64,000 bases of DNA from Antedon mediterranea (taxonomy: Eukaryota > Animalia > Echinodermata). Positions 49,481-62,703 of this stretch are shown piece after piece; position 1 is the first letter of the stretch, and each line of letters begins with the position of its first letter. The stretch lies in contig NC_092674.1 of the NCBI RefSeq assembly GCF_964355755.1, positions 9,672,001 through 9,736,000 on the forward strand. The letters run 5' to 3'. The translations under genes and the position numbers were made by a program. The notes below the pieces were generated by a model. That model did not search any database and was not told the origin of the DNA. It saw only the letters and a list, made by a program, of their open reading frames with translations.

Positions 49481-50071
49481 ATTTAATAGACATGATACAT
49501 GTCGCATTAAATAGAATTATGATGATAGTTTTTGCAATTGTAAACTATTTTATAATACATATTTATTAACAAACTAGTGTTTATTCACTTTTACAGACAA
49601 TTATTTACTAACATGCTGAGTTAGTTCACAAAAAAGGCCCGGAACACAGCAACATCAAAAATCAACGAATATTACTCAGCCCGGCCTATTCTTTACCATT
49701 GCCGTGTACTACTCTACGCCCGGTAAATTAAGTATTGTTTTTATGATATAAATTAGTATAAAATACATGTTATTAATAGGACAAAATGTTAAATATCATT
49801 AACATTTATTTGTTTTACCAGAAACAAGTTAAATATAGGAATATTATTAAACAATCCTTCGTGAAAACGCGTAAACACCAACACGCCCGGTCACGCTATC
49901 GTAGCGCCCGGTTGATAAAGCAAACTGTTTATACGGCAGTTTTTACTAAATAAATTGCATAAAACGAACAATTAAATATCCAAATAGTATTTAACATGAT
50001 GTTGGCATGTAGTTGATAACATTTTTTATCATGAAAATACTACCGGTGGTCTAGCCTTTGATTATTGAAAC

Positions 50072-50101
50072 CATGGAGGTATAAAATAAAATACCTCCAT
50101 G
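50072..50101. mobile_element. 30-bp inverted repeat with 7-bp duplication (putative P-superfamily footprint)
   Basis: TTGAAAC|catggaggtat aaaataaa atacctccatg|TTGAAAC. Confidence 0.7.
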
Positions 50102-50398
50102 TTGAAACCGTCACAAAAAGTTGTATACATCCCAGATACATCCACACTTATGGCGGCGCCCTACCACATGGACAATATTACTGTTACAGGGAAAATCGCG
50201 GATTACTCATTCTTGTGATATATATTCTTTGACAGTACACAACAAAAACCAAAATATAAAACTTGTTCTCAACGTTGGTGGTAGCAGACATAGTTATAAG
50301 GAACGATTTATTGCCGGCCGAAAAAAAATATTAAACACCGTGACGACACGAGAAGCACAGTAAAATTTGTCTCATTTTATTAACTTATATTTAGCAAA

Positions 50399-51482
50399 AT
50401 GAATGTGGATCGGCGAACCTTTCAAACGTAAGGATATTTTCATTCAATTTTATAAACTTCACGTAGGCCAATATTAAATAAAGACATCGTATAGGCCTAG
50501 GTAGGACTAATCCGCTAGGTAGGCAGACCAGAGCTACCTAATTAAGCTAGGCTAGGCCTAGACTACTAAGTTTAGTAGGAGCTAGGCCTAGGCTAGAGGC
50601 CTACCGGGCCCTGGTACTAGCTAGGTAGTAGGCCTGCTAGGCCAGGGCCCTACTACTCTATTGCCTAGCTACAGTGTAGGGCCTAGCTAAATAGGGCTAG
50701 GACCGTTTACAAACAATGCTTCTGGTAGGCTAGGTAGGTTTTTTAAAATACAGTTTGCGAATTGCACTTTTATTAGAGCCTAACGAGTTGTACGAGTAAC
50801 AAACAGTAATAACAATCCAATGAGCTAGCTGCAAAATGTTCACATTATCACATGCATTCATTGTTTTGGTATCACTAGGCCTACTTGTATGTGCTATTAC
50901 TATAAACTATAAGGACAATTGTATAACTATGTTATTGTTAATTAAATTTCTATTTTACAGGGGTGTTTCAACTCTATCAAGTGTGGGTAAAACATTGTTG
51001 ATATTCACTGTATTGATGATTACTTTACCTGTATCTATGTATTTTATTACCAAGAGTATGATATTCGAAGGTAACTATATTCAAACTGTAGATTAGAATT
51101 TAGATGCGATAAAGAACATTGAATACCAAAGTTATCATGACTTACAATTTTAATTGCAACTTGGCCCCAATTCTAAATGATTCACTTGATATCAGCAACG
51201 AAATCGGTCACACGCTTAATGATCTACCTAAGCCCTAGGTAAAATCTACATAATAATAATAATAATAATAATAATAAATTACAAGGTATTATTTAACTTT
51301 CAACAATTTTGATATTTACATATTTTATATTCCCTTTTTTTTCAGGTATGTTTTTAATGAACAGTAGAAATAGCAGTTTTTATGGAGCCATTGTTGCAGT
51401 AATTATAGTGCATGTTATTCTAGCTTGTTTTATTTACATTTCATATTTTGAATCGAGTCAGGAAACTGAAAAAGAAGACTAA
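50399..51482 (+). CDS. VMA21: Vacuolar ATPase assembly factor VMA21, 3 exons, 91 aa
   Basis: Exons 50399-50427, 50961-51070, 51346-51482: MNVDRRTFQTG...KTLLIFTVLMITLPVSMYFITKSMIFEG...FYGAIVAVIIVHVILACFIY...EKED*; two TM helices as in VMA21. Confidence 0.9.
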
Positions 51483-52383
51483 AGATACACCATGAAAAAC
51501 ACTCAGGTTGTCAAAAACTTCAATAGGGGTGTTTTTTTTTATTTTGGGAAGGGGGTTATATTATTAAAGCCCAGTACCACAGGAACTGTATTTGATACCT
51601 GAACATTATGACTGGGTATGAAGTTTGCATCCATTGAAAGGCCTGGCAGTTAAAAACATCCACAAAGAAAGAGAAATTGGCCTTAGTAGAGTCTTCATTT
51701 AATTACAACACCTGTACATTTATTGGGGGGGGGGGGGCTTGAAAGTATATACAGAATGTAATAGGGGTTTGCCTACAGTCACTTTTTGCCTAAAATAATT
51801 GAAGCTGGATAATTGTCCGTGTTGCAAATGTACAGTACAATTATCAACGTATAGTTTAATCAGGATGAGGAAGGCATGATTGCACAAACAACTGTTTTAC
51901 TAATAAAATTGAATGTTTAATCATGATTACTTTAAAAAACAATGGGGAGATGGTAGTTTTAACAATGTACTGTAAAATTACTGATTTCTTTGTGTCTTCC
52001 ATTAATTGCCTAATTACTATACTGAAACACAACTGCACATGGTCGCTAGTAAGGTATGGATTTGGGGGATTTAAAATTAATGATTGTTCCTCTGCAAATT
52101 ACCTAGTAATTTAAAATCAGGTAAATAAGAGATGTGTTATTTTGTTATAAAATACTTTTACAAATTGTTAAATTTAAAAGTCAGTATTGCAGAAAGCCCA
52201 CTGTTAAGATTATGGGATCAGGGCACAACTTGCACAATCTTGATTTGTTGAAGGTGAATGAACTACCTCCTATCAGAGATTAGTAACAATAGTAAACTTC
52301 TTGCACCTATTAGAGGTAAGTTAATTGTTACCAGGCCATAGCCCTCTTATTTTGTTAAATTGCTAAATATGTTCTTGATACCC

Positions 52384-52530
52384 AGGGGCGGATTCAGGCC
52401 TTTTAAATGGGAAGTGCTAATAATATTTTGCATATAATTAAATTAATAGTCTGTCAAAAGTAGACAATTTCATCTTTAGTTTTCAAAAGGGGGAGAGTGG
52501 CCCCCCTTCCCACCCCCTGGATCCGCCCAG
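52384..52530. mobile_element. hAT-like MITE remnant
   Basis: caggggcggattcagg ... cctggatccgccc inverted ends. Confidence 0.5.
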
Positions 52531-52562
52531 GTTACCTGCTCCCACTTTGCAGTACCCATGTT

Positions 52563-52729
52563 AAGCCTGTTTTCCACTAGGTGAATCTATTCACACAAAT
52601 CTAACATTCCTGAGCTCTGATTGGTTGTTCATTATTTGCGTCATAAAACATACAGTACATAAAAATATGAATATGAAAAAAACGCTTTCGATTCGTCCAA
52701 ATAAATTTACCTATTGGAAAACGGGCTTT
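52563..52729. mobile_element. MITE (Harbinger-like ends)
   Basis: aagcctgttttccactaggt ... acctattggaaaacgggctt. Confidence 0.55.
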
Positions 52730-53664
52730 AATCACAAGACCCTATTGCAATGAATTGGGTAAGTCAGACAATGACATACAGTTTGTATCATATGCTGTAT
52801 TTAACTAGAAGTAGCTAATACAGGGACTGACAATGATGGGATAGGTGGGGTATATAATAATTATGTGTTAGTTGTAATTCACATTTAATATATTGTATAA
52901 TAAACTTACTGGAAACAATAAAACATACTGAAATTTATATAATTGTTATAAATTTATATTTTATTTTATAGAGAAGTAATATATAAATAAAAATACATTT
53001 GCATGGCTTTTAGGATGGTATACACAAATGCACCAAATTGTGTTTTTTTTTGGCTTTTTACACTTTTAAGTTTTTGTATATATTTTCTCTAAATAAAAAT
53101 GTAAATATGCCCAGCTTTATGTTGCTAATTTTATCTTAAATTTGAAGGCAAACCTACTGATATCGGTCTATTAACTAGATTTTTATAATAAATTCATGCA
53201 TTGATTAATAACTGGAATATTGAGTTGGTACTCTATTTTCACCCTTAGCACGCTAAGACATGCTGTATTGTTTATCATATAACACCTAAATAAATTCCCG
53301 TCATTTGATTGGACGAATGCGGGTCACATGGCATGCAATAGTATGCGCTATTAAATGATTGTTTAATAGTACTTTTTTTTTACACTCATAAATATTCATT
53401 ATTGTATACAGTACTATATAGATGCCAATATATTTCTATTAATAGCAGCACCTTGGAATCCCAGCACCTGGTTTGATGTAATTTCAAACTGTCATAGCAC
53501 CCTCTATAGTTTTGACAAGTTAAGAGGTCTCATACCTGCTGTGATATATTCAACCTTTTACATTATAGATAAAAATCTTTTGAATTATAGGCTGGAGATG
53601 ATTTGGATCAACGATAAAAAATAAGCACAATAAATGAAATTAAAAGGGAATCGGGTGATTTTAC

Positions 53665-56600
53665 TTAAGCCATAGAATGACTTGTTTGCCTTGGCCAAAC
53701 TAATTCCCCAGCAATGTACGTTGCATGGACATTAAGGTCGTCATCCAGAAATACAAAATCAGCATCCGTGTTATAGTCTAAAGTACCCTTCCTCTGCTCA
53801 ATTTCAAGGAGCTGTGCCGGATGGAGAGAAGCGCCCTCTAGAGCTTCAACTGTGCTGCAGCCAGATGCCAGTTTAAAATGCTTTACACACTTTTGCATCG
53901 TTGCAATACTACAGAATTTGAGAAGAAAAAAACATCATTTGTAGTGCATACATTCTCTTGTAAGCGTTGAGCTTATCTATTATTGGATAGGATAGACGAA
54001 GGCCTTTTTTACCTGAGCTCTTGTGAATACTGTTCCGACAAGCTCTCATGGGAGCTTCAAAGTGCTGGAGAACGGAGCAGTGAAAATGGTTCCTCATATT
54101 TCATTTTTTTTGGCTATCTTAAGGCCAACTCAGACAGCATCGTACGATGAGGCACAACGAACATCTTGACTCATCATTACTGTGTGAGTTGAATCCTGAC
54201 GAGACCTGTCGTCAGGATAGCGTAGGGGGCTGGTTTTTAGGTCATCGGGAGAACTTTAATTTTCTTCTGAAGAGATTATTCATCAGGCCTCGTCGTTCGT
54301 TGCTGTCTGAGTTGGCCTTTTAGGATATTTTTTCAGATCATTTTTGTGAATGAAACAAATACAATAAAACTGACCTCCCAGCTAATGTAGTTGTTCCTGC
54401 TAAGTGAGCACTATTACCGTTGATTTCTACAACCTGACTTCCCAGATTATGACATCCTGGAGACAAACCCATCGCTGCCATTGCGTCCGTTATTAGGACG
54501 ATTCCTTTAACAAACATAAAAAGATATAACACAGTAGAACCCTCTATTAAGGGAACACAACTATTAAGCCTTGTCAAACTTTATGTGACAAAAAAAATGT
54601 GATGTGCCCATTTATGGACACAATGATGTCATATCACTACCATATTTGGTCATATCACTACCATATTTGGACACATCACACTTTTTTTGACAAACTAGTT
54701 AGTGATAGTGTAAACAGAGCTTTAGAGGGGTACACTCTCCTGAAAAACAAATAATATATGTTTTAATACCACAGCACACCCCTCTTCAGTGTGTTGGGTT
54801 GAAGGTATTGGTGTGGTTCTATACCCATCACCATTATATGTAAAATATGTTGGCTTAAACCCGGCTAGAATTATATTCCAGGGTGATCTAACATTCCAGA
54901 TCTAGACCCATAATTGTTTCATTTTGTCTTTTAAATGTTTCATATTTTCAATTTGTGGTGGTAGTAATAACAGTCAAAAAATTAATTTTTGTGTTGTGTA
55001 GTAAAAGTGAATTTTATATATGTTATATGTTATGTTATATTTCTTTTTATTATGTGAAGCACATTTAAATGTTTATATTCATAAAAAGAGATAAGTATTT
55101 ATTATAATATTATCAGGATGATAATTTAAAAACTATTTAAAGTTGCTTCATTTGGCTGGAGTCCAACCCCAGCCATCAGCGATAAAGGTATGAACACCAG
55201 GCTAGTTATTTTGAGATGGTAGGTTTGAATCCCAACCAGAACTTGTATTCTCAAATGTACTGTACTTAGTATAAAGTTACAAACATCTGACCACTTATAA
55301 TATTATCTATGCTAATATGGTACCGATACAAATTACATGTTTTACAATCATCGCTATCTTACCATCAGGATGAGCTCTATGTGCAATACGTAAAGCCGCT
55401 GGATGCGTGTGTATACCATCTGATATCATTCCGTAAAATATTCTACTATTTTCAGGGATTTTACTGCTTGTTAAAAGTCCTACTATACCAGGGTCACGAT
55501 GGTGAAACTAGACAAGAGAACATTTGTTAAAAGGGTGAAGAAACTAAATGTACTTTTTCCTCAAGAGTAAATCAAGTCAAATTAACATTTATTTCTTTCA
55601 AATCAAATACAATTATGATAGTCCTAATGCTAATTATTGCATCATTTAAATACCACTGTGGCGTGGAGTTGAAGCTTGGCGGTTAAGATGCTTGCCTACC
55701 GACCCATGGTCCTGGTTTCAAATCCTATCAGACGCCAGGATTCTCATGACAAAGAACAACTCAAATCATAATTTTTTTTTTGCAGAGCATATTGCGTATG
55801 TTTGTCCTGTGAATAGGGTTGCTACATTTGAGAAGGGAAGTGAATGTAATCACTTATGCTTGAGAGAACACCCCTATTAAGGGGACACTTTGCTTGGTCC
55901 TGAAGGTGTCCCCTTATTAGAAGTTCTACAATATATATTTGTTAGTATTCGTATATTCTTACCGGTAACATAGCATTGAAAAGATGTGTTATAAAGGTAC
56001 TACCATGCGTTGTTGCAGTCTCTGCATCAGACAAGTTACCCATTGAATGACCTACAAGGAAAAGAATCAATGAACATTGAAATTTATACAAATTCATATT
56101 CAAATTTATTCACCTCCCTTAGGAGAAACATATAAAAACTGTACAATACACACATCAAAATGAAGATTCACACGAATCAAAGGATTAAAATGGTTTTAAC
56201 AAGTTAAATAAGGTGTCAAAATCATTGTGAAAAAGGCAGACTTAACACTATCACATATACCATGATTGACACAATCCACAGATTTATACATTTTGGTGGT
56301 ACAATCATGGTACAATACAAGATTATGGTGGTATGCAGTAGAACCCCTATATGGGAACACCTTCAGGACCAAACAATGTGTCCCCTTAATAAAATCGTTG
56401 ACTTGAATAGGTGTTTAAAACATTTATTGCCCGTTGTTTGTTTCACGGGAAACTGTCCCCTAAATAGAGGCTTCCTTTTAATCATTTTAAAGGCCATTTT
56501 AATGTCATCTAAAAGCAATGTGTAAACTAAATATTATTTCAGATGTCTTTAAAGGCCAGGTGCAGGCAAAAAATTTCTATTGATCATACATTCCAATAAT

Positions 56601-59022
56601 CATCGATCTATAGTTTCCCCTATGTTTCATAATTTTTGGGATTTTATTTGTGTTACACGAGCTTGTTGAAAATAAGCACTTTCTTATCAGTGGGGAGATA
56701 GTTCAAATTACACTGTAAAATCTCTATTCTTTTGTACACAAATTGTGTAAATAGAGAGGTATTTTAAAAAGCTATGAAAACTAAACGGTGTGGCAAAAAA
56801 TGTTATCGGATGACTAAATATAGGTAATATAACTTGAATTTTACATTTCTGGTATTTTTATTCAACTTCAGATTTTTGTTTTCATGTTATAGCAAAAATT
56901 ATCCACCGTATATTCACCATCTTTTTTCACCTTCTAGGGAGTCACCAGACATGTTATTACATTAGGTTAACTACCTAACTACTGAAAAAAAGTCTTCCTG
57001 GTTTTTATGGCAGAATATTGCCAAATTTTGTATTTGACCAAAATTCATGTTTTTTCGTCTTGATTTCTGTTACAAATATTTAATTTAAAATTCATGCCTG
57101 TTTAATGTCTACTGTTTACTGTAAATATGAGAATGTGATTGGTCAAAATTGCATCATGTGACTACCACTTCCTGGAGTGAATTCCAAATGGATAGGGAAA
57201 TTATCTTTTTAAATTAATAGTACTTTACTTTTTAACAAAAGGATATTTACCAACTGAAACAACTATATTTCTTTTGCGTAATTCTCTAATCACATCTGCA
57301 CTCTTGGAAAGCTCTGGAGCCAGAGTAACTATTGCAACATCTTCAAGATTTTGGTAAATATTTAGAACATCCTGGAAACCATTTTGGTCATATGACTTGA
57401 TAAGGTTGACAGGATGTGCACCATTTTTCTCCTTACTTATAAAAGGACCCTCTAAATGAACACCTGGAAGAGTATAGGAATTCTTGTGATTATTATAGCT
57501 GAAATATTTAATTCTATGGCTCTCAATTGAATGCAAATTCATAGGCACAATGCAGTCATTGCAATGTGCATGATTACCCAAAGATGTTGCTAAATAATTG
57601 AAGACTTTGCTCGGGGTATGCATTACACTTTTATAAGAAATAAAATCAATTATCCAAGTTATTACCTAAAATACCAGCACCCTTTTTGCTTCCTATTGTC
57701 TTTTTTATCTTTGGCAATATCTGTAAATAAGTAAAACAATAAAATTGAAATTTTACATTGTCTACTTGAATTTATCAGTGAAATTATTAAAATTAAAAAA
57801 AAATACAAAAATACAGAAGTGCTGCACTGTATTTTTTTCATGAACCCTAAACACTGGAGTAGACAATTTTATGGGAGTAGTTTTTATATCAAGGAGGAGA
57901 AAGTAAAAACCTAATGAGTTAGTTTACAGGTTCCTATGCAGCTATTGAGTCCAATAGACATTCTATGCATGTTCATATGTTTCTGAGGGTCAGCAGATCG
58001 ACTATTTGACTTGACAGCTGCGACCTACAGTATAACAGATACTTAAATGTTCGTACAGTTACATACTGTACCTTTTTATATATCTCCTGACTAGATGTTA
58101 TGACGGTGGGACAGAAAGACGTAACACCATGTTCCAGCAAACCTTGAGCAACCTTCTGAAGTCCAGCTTCTACGTTCTCAGTGTTGGATGAAAAATCAAC
58201 CCCAAAGCAACCTTACGAAAACAATTGAATGTAGAAAATAAAATATAATATACTATAAAATAATATAATATAAAATGATATATCTTTAATTGACCAGGTG
58301 GGCTAGGTATAAAATTTAGGGAGTATAGGTGGGCGGGATTATACTTGGGATCACGTTACCAATAAGATCTATTTGTGTCTGAACTAAGCCTAAATTTGGA
58401 GATGTGATTATACGTATGGACTTAATTAGAACAAGGCAATCTAACACTAACATGATGCTGAGCTCCAGAGATCAAAGGGTTTACCTGCGGCTGTGACAGG
58501 GTTATTTCCATGCTCTGGAGAATATGTACATAGTAGAAATTTATGGTATTTTTTGCAGCCAGACATAAGATCAAAGCCCGAGTTCCTATCTTGGCAAGAC
58601 AAGCATAGTGTCCTGTTGTTAGATTGCCTTGATTAGAGCAGAGTTCAATTTAGCACAGGTCCACAGACCGATGGCCAGTTAAACCTATGACAAGGCTATA
58701 CAACTTCTCAATAAACCGGACAGTTTTGGCCAGGAACTGTTAATTTTCTTAATCTTAACATTTAACAATCTTTGCCAGTTAAATTGAGGAGGACACCTGA
58801 ATACATACCATTAATTTGTACATCAATAAATCCTGGAGCGATCAGTCTTCCATTGCAATTATACTGGATGTCTGCATATGCTTTTTCTTCATAGAATAAC
58901 TTCTCTGGATCCAAGATTATTCCATCTCTTACCCAAAGGTCTTCTCTGACAATTTCATGCTTGTAAAGAAGTCGACAGTCCCGAAACTGAATGATTGGTG
59001 ACTGCGAATATTTAGAGGGCAT
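53665..59022 (-). CDS. AMDHD2: N-acetylglucosamine-6-phosphate deacetylase, 8 coding exons
   Basis: Exons (high-low): 59022-58809, 58211-58072, 57720-57666, 57463-57251, 56051-55963, 55507-55363, 54504-54375, 53908-53665. Motifs [79 protein letters not shown]. Confidence 0.95.
54121..54319. mobile_element. MITE in AMDHD2 last intron
   Basis: aaggccaactcagacagca..gtacgatgaggc / gcctcgtcgttcg.tgctgtctgagttggcctt TIRs. Confidence 0.75.
58432..58631. mobile_element. P-superfamily-like MITE (family D), second copy
   Basis: ATTAGAA|caaggcaatctaac ... gttagattgccttg|ATTAGAG (6/7 duplication). Confidence 0.7.
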
Positions 59023-59634
59023 GCTTCAATTCACTTCTTTCTTGAGGGTGTTTATTCGAATGGAAACCATTTCAAAAAAGACACCTTAATAATTTCAAAT
59101 AAAAAATTTTGATTATTTTTCTGAAATTATTACGGTAGTAAAATGTATATACAAAGTTAAAGAAGATAGTTCCTGGACATAGAAAGTCATTTTAATACTG
59201 TAAAGAAATAAGCCAAAAAATGGTGATTTAGGTTTAATTTGGTTTCTTTGTAAAATTTCAGTTGCGGAAAAAGTTTGCACACCTCCCAAATCTCCCGATA
59301 TACATTTTTAATTTCTACTACTCTAGATATTGATAAGAGAATAGAAAACATAGGCCTAATATCAGTATAATCAATTAATGCGTTGTTAAATAAGTGAAAT
59401 GAGGTAGCACCACATTTTCTGTCTTTGGATGGCACCTGATTTACAATTATAGATACTAATATCTTATGGGTTTTTATTTTATAACGCCCTTTATATTTTG
59501 ATGTACTGTATTATAGCACCCCTATAGTTCATAAAACCTCCCGATAATTCATTTTTCCAAATTTGGCGGTCTTATTTTTGCAGGTAAAATCCATATTACA
59601 TACATAATAACCACCACATCATGAAACTGGCTAC

Positions 59635-60225
59635 TCTAGGCTAATAATATGTATGCCTAGCCTACTAGGCCTAATTAAGCCTACTAGGCCTATCTAGAGA
59701 ATAGAATACTACACTCTACCAGACTACTGTACTACTTAGTTAGAAGGACTAGGCCTAACTAGTAGTATTTAGTAGACTATAGTATACTAGGCTACTACTA
59801 GTTGTAATACTAGGAGTACTAGCTACTACTATACTTATAATATACTTACTAACTAGTACTACTAGCCTATCTACATTATACTTTATAGGCCTAGCTAGTA
59901 GGTATAATAATTATACAATATTATAGGCCTATCCAGCCTATCTAAATGCTGCTGGATGGAGGGCCTAACTAACTAACTAAGTCTAAACTAAAAAAAGTAA
60001 TAGGCCTAGGCCTACTAGGCCCTAGGCCTAGTAGTATAAAAAGTAGGAGTATAGCCTAGCTAGATAGGATAGGTTTATAAGCCTAGGTAGGCCTAGGTAC
60101 AGTACAGCAATAGGCCTCTCTTAAATTGGGTCTACTCCTACCTATTAACATAAATACCTTCTACAAATTGGACGACGATATTCTATTAATTGGGAAAAAC
60201 CTGTAGGTTTAGGCCTAGGCCTACT
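59635..60225. repeat. TAGGCCTA/CTAG/TAC low-complexity tract upstream of AMDHD2 coding sequence
   Basis: Dense taggccta, tactag, ctacta words. Confidence 0.75.
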
Positions 60226-62189
60226 CTCTTGACCTGGTTTTAGAATAAAACAGGAGGAGCGAGGGTGGCTGAGTGCTGTTGTTGGCCGGCTCCAGAGCTC
60301 ATATATAGCGCCATCATACGTACATTTTAGAAAAGGGAATTTCCCTTTCTGATGATGTAATCAAATTGTTTTGTTTTTTCTTGAATCCATTTTGAGAGAT
60401 TTTCATGTTGATATTTTTATTAAAGCCTAAGTTTGTTTTTACTTTAAAGTCATGAAGATTTGGTTTAGGGTGGGATGATTAACACAACCATCAAAGTTAT
60501 TAATGGTAGTACGTATCTTGACTTTCTGAATCAGTGCAGGCTGTGGAACTCGACTCCTCTTATAGAGATTTCAGGTTCTTGCTTAATGAGAAATAAAAAA
60601 CGTTCGTCCTTTTTACTAAACACCTAGGCTTGAATGCCTATACAGTAGGCCTACTGTAGTATCATGGTGACCTTAAAAGTAATGTGATATTTTCTATTTA
60701 AACCTGTAAACAGGCATAAATTATGTGACAAAAATATAAACTTTCTGGTTTTCTGTCCATAATAATCATATTTTGTCCTCTATGTATTAAATTGCCAATT
60801 TCAGTTAAATTCTTTTATCATTTCTTTTCACACTATTTTTCTTTCCTTGTTTTAGAATGGCAACAACCGTAAATAAAAGAGTTAAGTTATATGAACCTTT
60901 GACGATGGAGGTTCAAAGGTTTTTCGATTGTCACGGCAAAGATCCTCAATTCAAGTCATATTATTGTTTGAACCAGTATAAACCAGTTTTGCTATTCTTT
61001 ATAGAAAATGAATGTATGTGTCCATTTAACTGTGAAGAATATAATAGAAATATGAACAATTATTAAGCAAGTTCATCGTATCGCAGCAAATCAGTTGATC
61101 AACACTGTGACGTGTATAAGTATAAAATAATAAGGAGTGGCTCATGTAAAAGTGGACCTACATACATCGCTAAACTGTAAATAAACTGCCTTTTAGCAAA
61201 TAATTAAGAATGTATATGCTGTATATAAAGATACCTGAGCCTCACCTACATTTATGTGAATGTACATTTACCGGTTCAACATATTAATTGTAAGTATTTA
61301 TTTTCAATTGCATTGTAAGCCTAGTACTACTAAACGATAGAGCTGTAAAACGGTTCAAGCTGTAACGTCACAAGCTGTAAAACGTTACATGCGTTTTTAC
61401 TTTGATATGCGTTAAATTTTACATGTGTTTTACTTGACATATGCGTTTCACCAAATAGCCTATACTTACGCTTTTAGATGACGAAAGTTTTGAAAGGGTA
61501 TAGGCCGAAGACGACTCTAAGTATTTTTAATTCTTATTTCCTGAAGTTAAGCTGAAGAGTGACGTCAATACTACACAGTATTACATTGTGTTAAAAGTTG
61601 TAGCCTACCGTTTAAATGGATGTGAACCAAGATATAAAAGCGATTTAAGCATTTTTAGGAATTTAGAGGCATTCCAACGATTCAATCAATACGTTCAGAA
61701 TTGTGATAGTAGAGTCCTGTAACAAATAGGTTGAAGTATTTTTTAGCAGGCTAATTTTAAATTCTTTTTCAATCTACATGTATTGTGAAAATTGTTTTCT
61801 TCATTCTAACGAAAAAGGGCATACCTTTAAATTATACCATAGCATTGGTTTTTAAAAGTTTTCACCCGTACTATGACTATATTTGCAATGGTTTAGATGA
61901 GCTGTCAGCAGTCATGTACTTATGGATTATTAACATTCCTCGATTAACAAGACCCGAATTGTAAACAGTTATTCTATTTTTGGGTGAAACGAAAACAGCA
62001 GTAGTATAAAGTGAATGTTCATTGTACTCTAATAATATTCCGATTCCTAGAAATTGCCAACATTATGAGCTATTTGGCAATAGTGTCAGTAATCTAACAT
62101 TAATGTAATGCGACATTTATATAGCCCTATTTCATGAAGATCAGAGCGCTGTGGACTTAGATGTTACACCTTTTCAACAACATTCTTCT

Positions 62190-62450
62190 CCCCTAAGGGT
62201 CACATCGTGTCATCGGCAGCCAACTACGGCGCCATTACGTCTGTCCACGACAGTGTGCATGTGAACTAGTACACCGGGGTAACCCCCTACTCGAAAGATG
62301 TACTAGGTTCTTCAAAACACTGCAGGACCTACGGTTTATAGTCCTTATCCGAAAAGACTGGAACCATGGAGTGAGTGAGCCTCGAACCCTTGCCGATGTT
62401 ATGGCTATGGATTACGGTTCCACTGTCTTAACCGCTCAGCCACTCACTCA
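62190..62450 (-). mobile_element. Deu/Nin-domain SINE copy
   Basis: Reverse complement of the 41940-42110 body (ggacctacggtttatagtccttatccga), with tRNA-like head tggctgagcggttaag. Confidence 0.7.
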
Positions 62451-62703
62451 GTACAGTACAGATTATAATGTTACGGTAACAGTTCAAATATAAGGAATCC
62501 AGATTTTCCCAATGTAAACTTTATATTGGTTCAACTATTTCATAGTAATGTTGTAATGTGGACACACATCCTACGTACTTATAGCTGTACTTTTCCCAAA
62601 TTAAAAATATGATTCATAACAATCCAGTTATATTTTCATTATTAAAATTAATTTAGTAATTCCTGATTTTATTAACTTTTGCAGACTGAAAACAAACAGT
62701 AAA

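Noticed and set aside
53160-53560. Possible Crypton-like non-autonomous repeat
   Set aside because: Only general resemblance; ends could not be defined.
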